Positions 58,584-64,000 of a DNA stretch of 64,000 nucleotides are shown here, one piece after another; position 1 is the first letter of the stretch, and every line of letters starts with the position of its first letter. A program made the position numbers and the translations under genes. Source of the stretch: Candidatus Poribacteria bacterium (GTDB taxonomy: Bacteria; Poribacteria; WGA-4E; PCPOR2b). The stretch is taken from the NCBI GenBank assembly GCA_965215015.1, contig OZ244042.1, forward strand, positions 4,160,001-4,224,000. The letters run 5' to 3'. Under the pieces are notes generated by a model. It was given only the letters and a program-made list of their open reading frames with translations. It was not told where the DNA came from and ran no database searches.

Positions 58584-59474
58584 ATGCCTAAAATCATACT
58601 TGATACGGACATTGGTGATGATATTGATGATGCACTCGCTTTGGCTTTTGCAATCATGAGCGGCAAAATTGAGGTGCTCGGTGTGACAACGGTCTTCAAA
58701 AATGCGGCGCAGCGTGCAGAATTGGCGTGCTGCTTGTTGGAAGCGTTAGGTCAAACAGATATCCCTGTCTATGCAGGGATTGGCAAAACCCTCCTTCAAT
58801 CCATTCCGGATTGGGAAAAGGTTGTAGCAGACCACCGTCCGCGCCAGATGGAGGTACTGACAAAACAACAGCCATCAATTCAACCGAAACAGGGGCAGGC
58901 TGTGGATTTTATTATCGACACAGTGATGACAAGCGATGGAGACATTACGCTTGTGCCCATCGGTCCCTTTACGAACATTGCGGCGGCGTTCATCTTGGAG
59001 CCGCGTTTAGCGCAGAAAACACAAATCTGCATGATGGGCGGTGCAACGGACCGGGGGCGTCCGGAGTGGAATGCGCTCTGTGACCCTGAAGCGACGCGGG
59101 TCCTCTTTGGTACAGGGGTGCCAATTACAATGGTTGGGCTCGATGTTACAACAAAGTGCATCATGAGCTACAATCAGGTCAAAGCGATAGGGGCAGTAGA
59201 CCGTCCGATTAACCAAATCTGCTTTGAGCTCATCCATCTATGGGGAGGCGATAACCCCGAACCGTGTCCAACCCTCCACGACCCGTTGGCGTTGGCAACC
59301 CTCATTGATTGCACCTTTTGTGAGACACGCGAGATGCGGATTGAGGTTGAAACGCGGGCAGATTACTTGCGCGGGGCAACCGTGCCGGTGGCGGGTGAAC
59401 CGAACACTTCCGTCTGCGTCTCCGTCGATTCTAGTCGGTTCATGGATTACTTTGTTAAAACGTTGACTGTCTGA
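58584..59474 (+). CDS. Nucleoside hydrolase (IU-NH family)
   Basis: DTDIGDDIDD, GPFTN, MGG, EWN...DPEA, GLDVT, HDP. Confidence 0.92.
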   Translation: MPKIILDTDIGDDIDDALALAFAIMSGKIEVLGVTTVFKNAAQRAELACCLLEALGQTDIPVYAGIGKTLLQSIPDWEKVVADHRPRQMEVLTKQQPSIQPKQGQAVDFIIDTVMTSDGDITLVPIGPFTNIAAAFILEPRLAQKTQICMMGGATDRGRPEWNALCDPEATRVLFGTGVPITMVGLDVTTKCIMSYNQVKAIGAVDRPINQICFELIHLWGGDNPEPCPTLHDPLALATLIDCTFCETREMRIEVETRADYLRGATVPVAGEPNTSVCVSVDSSRFMDYFVKTLTV

Positions 59475-59507
59475 AAAACTGATTAACGAATCAACCGCTT
59501 CAAATTT

Positions 59508-59885
59508 TCACCGGCGTTGATTCCGTTCCTGATAAAGCAGCTCCATCAGCTTGGGCAGGTCAGGGTTATCCGGTTCCAAGCGCATAACTTCTTCACCTGC
59601 GGCAATCGCTGCGTCCAACATTCCCACGTTGTAATACGCCCAACCGAGTGCCGCGTGGATAATTGCAACGTCTGGATTTAAGCGCAACGCCTGCTGATAT
59701 TGTTCAATCGCTTCGTGATACCTCTTTTCTTGAAGATAGATGTTTCCCTGTTCAAAGTACGAGTTATCGTGCCTTGTAATCGGTGGCTCTCTTGTTGACT
59801 CGGATTGATACGTTGTTCCACAACCTATGAAAAATAAAACTGATAGCCATATTGCGCGCTTAAACCACAGTTCCATTATAACCAC
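59508..59885 (-). CDS. TPR-repeat lipoprotein
   Basis: Lipobox FIGC; two TPR motifs; upstream minus-strand promoter TTGACA-17 bp-TATCTT (59901-59929). Confidence 0.8.
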   Translation of the reverse strand: MVIMELWFKRAIWLSVLFFIGCGTTYQSESTREPPITRHDNSYFEQGNIYLQEKRYHEAIEQYQQALRLNPDVAIIHAALGWAYYNVGMLDAAIAAGEEVMRLEPDNPDLPKLMELLYQERNQRR

Positions 59886-59968
59886 CTCTCTCCACTAAAT
59901 AAGATAGCATTGTGGCTGATTTCTGTCAATCCGAAATCCAAATTTCCGTTACATTCCGTTACATAATG

Positions 59969-60156
59969 TAGGAGTTATGCAGCTGAACGTTCAACCCCTC
60001 TGTTTCGAGAGTCTTTGGCTTGTCGTTCGGCGATTGATTGCCGAGGGACACCGTTGCCAACGCCCGATGAATCGGGCAACTACAGCAAGAACTCTATCGA
60101 GAAGTCCCTCGGGCACACCGATGGGTGTGCCCTACTAATGAAGTGCGTAAGTCCTA
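59969..60156. mobile_element. MITE family B, 188 bp, containing REP hairpins
   Basis: TIRs TAGGAGTTATGCA / TGCGTAAGTCCTA (11/13 match); flanks ATAATG/ATAATA; internal GCCCGATGAATCGGGCAACTAC and GGGCACACC...GGTGTGCCCTAC. Confidence 0.6.
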
Positions 60157-60307
60157 ATAATAAAAAGACCGAGGTAGGAAAACCTACCTTTGATTTCCTT
60201 GAATGATACCTTGTATTTTTCACAGACTTATGATATTATAAACCTGTACTCATATCGTAATTATTGTTAATGAATAATCTACCAACCTTTTATGAGGAGG
60301 AGGCGTA

Positions 60308-60937
60308 ATGGAAAAGATTAATACACTGGTGTTTGCTGGCGGTGCTGTTCACGATTGGAAAGGGTGCAGCAAAGCAATAATTGACGCACTATTGCAGCGG
60401 GATGAATTTGAGATTACCACAGCGGAAGAAGACCTCGATGCCTTGGTTGCCCCGAATCTTAATCCGTATGACCTAATTGTCTTCTATTACACGATTGGGG
60501 AAATCACAGACGCACAAAAGAATGGCTTGCTAAATCATATCGCTTCCGGCAAAGGTTATGTCGGGGTGCACTCCGCAGCTGATTCGTTTCGGGAGTGTCC
60601 CGAATACAGATCAATGGTCGGCGGCTATTTTGTCACACACCCACACTATCGAGATTATCAAGTAAGCATCGTGGATACTGAGCACCCAATCACCGAGGGG
60701 CTCGATGAGACAATGGTCACGGATGAGCAGTATATCCTTGATTACGATCCGCGCAACCATGTGCTCGCATCTGCGTTATGGCAGGGCGATGCGATGCCCG
60801 TCGCATGGACAAAAAATTGGGGAAATGGTCGTGTATTCTATCTAGCACTCGGCCACGATGCCAACGCCTGCCAACATGAGATATTTGGGACCCTTCTGCA
60901 ACGGGGTGCACTCTGGGCAGGAATATCGGGTGAATAA
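60308..60937 (+). CDS. ThuA domain protein
   Basis: HDW, GYVGVHSAAD, GGYFVTHP, DEQY, GRVFYLALGH; promoter TTGTAT-17 bp-TATTAT at 60211-60239. Confidence 0.85.
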   Translation: MEKINTLVFAGGAVHDWKGCSKAIIDALLQRDEFEITTAEEDLDALVAPNLNPYDLIVFYYTIGEITDAQKNGLLNHIASGKGYVGVHSAADSFRECPEYRSMVGGYFVTHPHYRDYQVSIVDTEHPITEGLDETMVTDEQYILDYDPRNHVLASALWQGDAMPVAWTKNWGNGRVFYLALGHDANACQHEIFGTLLQRGALWAGISGE

Positions 60938-61018
60938 TCAACATAGCCCTTAAATGCCGAAATTAACGGGTTGGAGGGGGAAGTCGCCTCATAGACTCAA
61001 TCTATCGTACCTATTCTG

Positions 61019-61660
61019 ATGAAAAAACGGCTCACGGACATCCAAATAGATGAGGAAACGCCTTCACGCCGAATCCTTTCCCTTAACGGGGTGTACTTTG
61101 GCAGCGTTGATGCAGGCTGCATCCCCAAATTCGGCTTGCGAGTTGGACTAGAAATCGAGGCAGAGGTGCTTCAAAAGCTAATTGAAGCAGACGAAGGAAT
61201 GCGATCGAGGAACTACGCACTTGAGCTACTGTCCAACCAGAGTTATAGCAAGAGTCAGATGATTGATAAGCTTGGACAGAAAGGCTTTGGTCCGCAGGCA
61301 ATTGACGCAACATTGGAAGACTTGGAGCAGCTCGGTCATATCAAAGATGAAAAATTTGCTCAGACGTGGGTGAATCGCCGTCAACGTTCAAAGCCAAAAG
61401 GCAAAAAGATGCTGGAGCAGGAGTTAGCTAATCAGAGCATCGACAGAACCACTGTAGACCGTGTACTTGAAAGGATTGACGATGCAGAGGAAGCAAGTAC
61501 AGCCCTACAATTGGCACAGAAACAGGCAAAGCGTTATATCTCTCTCCCACCGCAGGTTGCGAAGCGCCGGCTGCACGGGTTTCTACTCAGACGCGGGTTT
61601 GACTATGAAACGATTCAAAGTGTAATCGGGCAAGTATTGATCAAAGGAAATGGACGATGA
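61019..61660 (+). CDS. recX: Regulatory protein RecX
   Basis: DEKFAQTWV, G-KMLEQEL, FLLRRGF; directly upstream of alaS. Confidence 0.88.
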   Translation: MKKRLTDIQIDEETPSRRILSLNGVYFGSVDAGCIPKFGLRVGLEIEAEVLQKLIEADEGMRSRNYALELLSNQSYSKSQMIDKLGQKGFGPQAIDATLEDLEQLGHIKDEKFAQTWVNRRQRSKPKGKKMLEQELANQSIDRTTVDRVLERIDDAEEASTALQLAQKQAKRYISLPPQVAKRRLHGFLLRRGFDYETIQSVIGQVLIKGNGR

Positions 61661-64000
61661 AATCAGATGAAATTAGATCGAATTTTCTAGAATACTTCCG
61701 AAAACAGGGACATACAATTGTTCCGAGTGCTCCGTTAATCCCTGCCGACGACCCAACCTTGTTATTCACAAACGCTGGGATGAATCAGTTTAAGGACGTG
61801 TTTCTGGGAACAGGGCGACGCGAATACAAACGGGCTGCGGATACTCAAAAGGTGCTGCGTGTCAGTGGAAAACATAACGATTTGGAAGAGGTCGGCTACT
61901 CCCCGGGACACCACACCTTTTTTGAAATGTTGGGCAATTGGTCATTCGGAGACTACTATAAACGCGAAGCAATTGGCTACGCTTGGGAGTTAATTACAGA
62001 AATTTGGAAAGTCCCCAAGGAACTCCTCTGGGCAACGGTTCACGACACCGACGACGAGTCTGAAAAGCTGTGGCTTGAGGAGACCGATATACCCCTTGAC
62101 CGCATCCGCCGATTTGACAAAGATAATTTCTGGGAGATGGGAGATACAGGGCCCTGTGGTCCCTGTTCTGAGCTCTTTGTAGATCTCGGTCCTGAGATGG
62201 ATCCGGCGTCAGTTGACGATCCCTATACGGGTCCCAATGTCAGCGAACGATTTCGAGAGATTTGGAATTTGGTGTTTATTCAATACAATCGAGATGCTGA
62301 GGGTAAACTCCATCCGCTACCGGAGAAACATGTCGATACCGGCATGGGCTTTGAGCGGATAGTTGCCATCCTGCAAGGCGTCGATTCTAACTATAAGACA
62401 GACGTGTTTGTTCCGATTCTTGAAGAAATCTCTAACGTCACCAATCGGGACTATTTTGACGATGACCGTGGTGTGCCCCACCGTGTTATCGCAGATCACA
62501 TTCGGTGCCTCACATTTGCCATAGGCGATGGCGTGATGCCTTCCAACGAAGGGCGTGGTTATGTAATCCGCCGTATCTTACGTCGTGCTGTTCTATATGG
62601 CAAACGGTTGGGAATGGAACAACCGTTCATCTACAACCTTGTGGATAAGGTGATTGACCAGCTCGGTCCTGTTTTTCCCGATGTGCTGCCTCGTCAGGAC
62701 TTTATCAAGCGGATTATTCAAGGCGAAGAGGGACGGTTCCATCAGACCCTTGATCGCGGATTAGAAATTCTTCGAGGTTCGCTTGATGAACTTGAAACAC
62801 AGAATCAATCTGTTTTGTCAGGCAACCGAGCCTTTGAGCTGTATGACACCTTTGGGTTCCCCTTAGATTTGACACAGATGCTGGCACGTGAACGCAACTT
62901 TACCGTTGATGAAGATGGGTTTACTGCAAGCATGTCGCAGCAGCGAGAGCGCAGTCGTGCGGACTGGAAAGCCGCCGGTGGTGGGGACAAAGGAGAAGCA
63001 ATCTACGCGGACATCCTCAAAGAATATAAGACCACTGCGTTTCTAGGCTATGACCGGGCCCGCGCAGAAGCGGAAGTTATCGCTCTCATCCGAGAAGATG
63101 AGTTGGCATCGGGTGTCCATGAAGGCGAGGAGGTTTCCGTCATCCTGAATCAGACGCCTTTTTACGGGGACTCCGGCGGTCAAATCGGGGACGTTGGCGT
63201 CATCGAGAGTGAAAATGCGAAACTTAAAGTGCTTGATACTGTAAAACCTATTCCAGATTTGTTCGTTCATAAATGTAAGGTGATTGAAGGCGAGATTACT
63301 CCGCAGACACCGGTGGAAGCAAAAATTGATGCTCAACGTCGTCAACACATAGCTGTCAGCCACACGGCAACGCATATTCTCCATCATGCCCTGCGTACTG
63401 TCCTCGGAACGCACGTGGGTCAGGCAGGATCGCTTGTTGAGTCGGGGAGATCGCGCTTCGATTTTACGCACTACGAGGCTGTCAGTCCACAACACCTGCA
63501 AGAGATAGAGGGTGATATCAACGACAAGGTGCGTCTGAATAATGATGTCGAAACCGAATATCTGCCGCTGCAGGCAGCAAAAGACCGGGGTGCCCTTGCC
63601 TTCTTCGGTGAAAAGTACGGTGAGATTGTGCGCTTTGTGCAAATTGGGGACTACAGCCAGGAGCTGTGCGGCGGGACCCATGTCCATGCAGCTGGTGAAA
63701 TCGGGCTTGTGAAGATTATCAGTGAGAGCAGCATCGCTGCAGGCGTGCGCCGTGTTGAGGCATTGACCGGAGCTGCCGCTTATCAACACATCCGCTCCGA
63801 AGATGAGACGCTTGCTGCTATAGCGAATATGCTCAAGGTTCCAAAGCAATTAACCCCTGAACGGGTTGAAGCCCTTCTTCAAACCAATCGCGAGTTTGAA
63901 CGACAGATTAACGCGCTTCAATCACAGATGGCGCAATCGCAGGTTACTGATTTAGTCAATAACGCTGCGACCATTGACGGTTTTCGTGTGATTGCCGCTG
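61657..64000 (+). CDS. alaS: Alanine--tRNA ligase (runs off the window end; absent from the ORF track)
   Basis: MKSDEIRSNFLEYF, TNAGMNQFK, HHTFFEMLGNWSFGDY, GPCGPCSE, DTGMGFER, HTATH, ELCGGTH. Confidence 0.97.
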   Translation, partial: MKSDEIRSNFLEYFRKQGHTIVPSAPLIPADDPTLLFTNAGMNQFKDVFLGTGRREYKRAADTQKVLRVSGKHNDLEEVGYSPGHHTFFEMLGNWSFGDYYKREAIGYAWELITEIWKVPKELLWATVHDTDDESEKLWLEETDIPLDRIRRFDKDNFWEMGDTGPCGPCSELFVDLGPEMDPASVDDPYTGPNVSERFREIWNLVFIQYNRDAEGKLHPLPEKHVDTGMGFERIVAILQGVDSNYKTDVFVPILEEISNVTNRDYFDDDRGVPHRVIADHIRCLTFAIGDGVMPSNEGRGYVIRRILRRAVLYGKRLGMEQPFIYNLVDKVIDQLGPVFPDVLPRQDFIKRIIQGEEGRFHQTLDRGLEILRGSLDELETQNQSVLSGNRAFELYDTFGFPLDLTQMLARERNFTVDEDGFTASMSQQRERSRADWKAAGGGDKGEAIYADILKEYKTTAFLGYDRARAEAEVIALIREDELASGVHEGEEVSVILNQTPFYGDSGGQIGDVGVIESENAKLKVLDTVKPIPDLFVHKCKVIEGEITPQTPVEAKIDAQRRQHIAVSHTATHILHHALRTVLGTHVGQAGSLVESGRSRFDFTHYEAVSPQHLQEIEGDINDKVRLNNDVETEYLPLQAAKDRGALAFFGEKYGEIVRFVQIGDYSQELCGGTHVHAAGEIGLVKIISESSIAAGVRRVEALTGAAAYQHIRSEDETLAAIANMLKVPKQLTPERVEALLQTNREFERQINALQSQMAQSQVTDLVNNAATIDGFRVIAA

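Noticed and set aside
63043-63849. 268-aa minus-strand ORF and similar overlapping ORFs (for example 442-870, 4026-4667, 45943-46533)
   Set aside because: Antisense shadows of alaS, rnj, the M6 protease and hsdR, with no recognisable motifs

Overview
Bacterial chromosomal segment from a diderm organism (it carries lpxC-fabZ, lpxA and lpxI). The gene repertoire (four PhyH-type dioxygenases, a sulfatase, several sugar isomerase, enolase and ThuA paralogues, and REP/MITE-laden spacers) suggests Candidatus Poribacteria, but this is inference. Housekeeping genes (rnj, dusB, tsaD, tsaC, ruvX, mltG, lipid A genes, accA, ftsY, proS, leuB, recX, alaS) are interspersed with catabolic genes. Two accessory regions stand out. 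(1) At 12.7-15.3 kb, an intact TnpI-like tyrosine recombinase has a full recombination site upstream (12-bp inverted arms, 6-bp spacer, two helically phased direct repeats). A second core site 973 bp away brackets a self-promoted cargo of two membrane/secreted-protein ORFs, which suggests a cassette capture or inversion system. (2) At 44.5-55.5 kb, a type I restriction-modification operon has a 1262-aa Mrr-like nuclease-STAND ATPase (Avs-like) between hsdM and hsdS, with a relic duplicated hsdM tail at the junction and a SRAP gene alongside. Also noted: two PhyH paralogues with a halogenase-like HxG motif, two MITE families, many GTAG-type REPs, and several decayed genes (hicAB, MNT-HEPN, HEAT-repeat, coiled-coil). 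No rRNA, tRNA or CRISPR array was seen. All protein calls come from motif recognition, without database searches.
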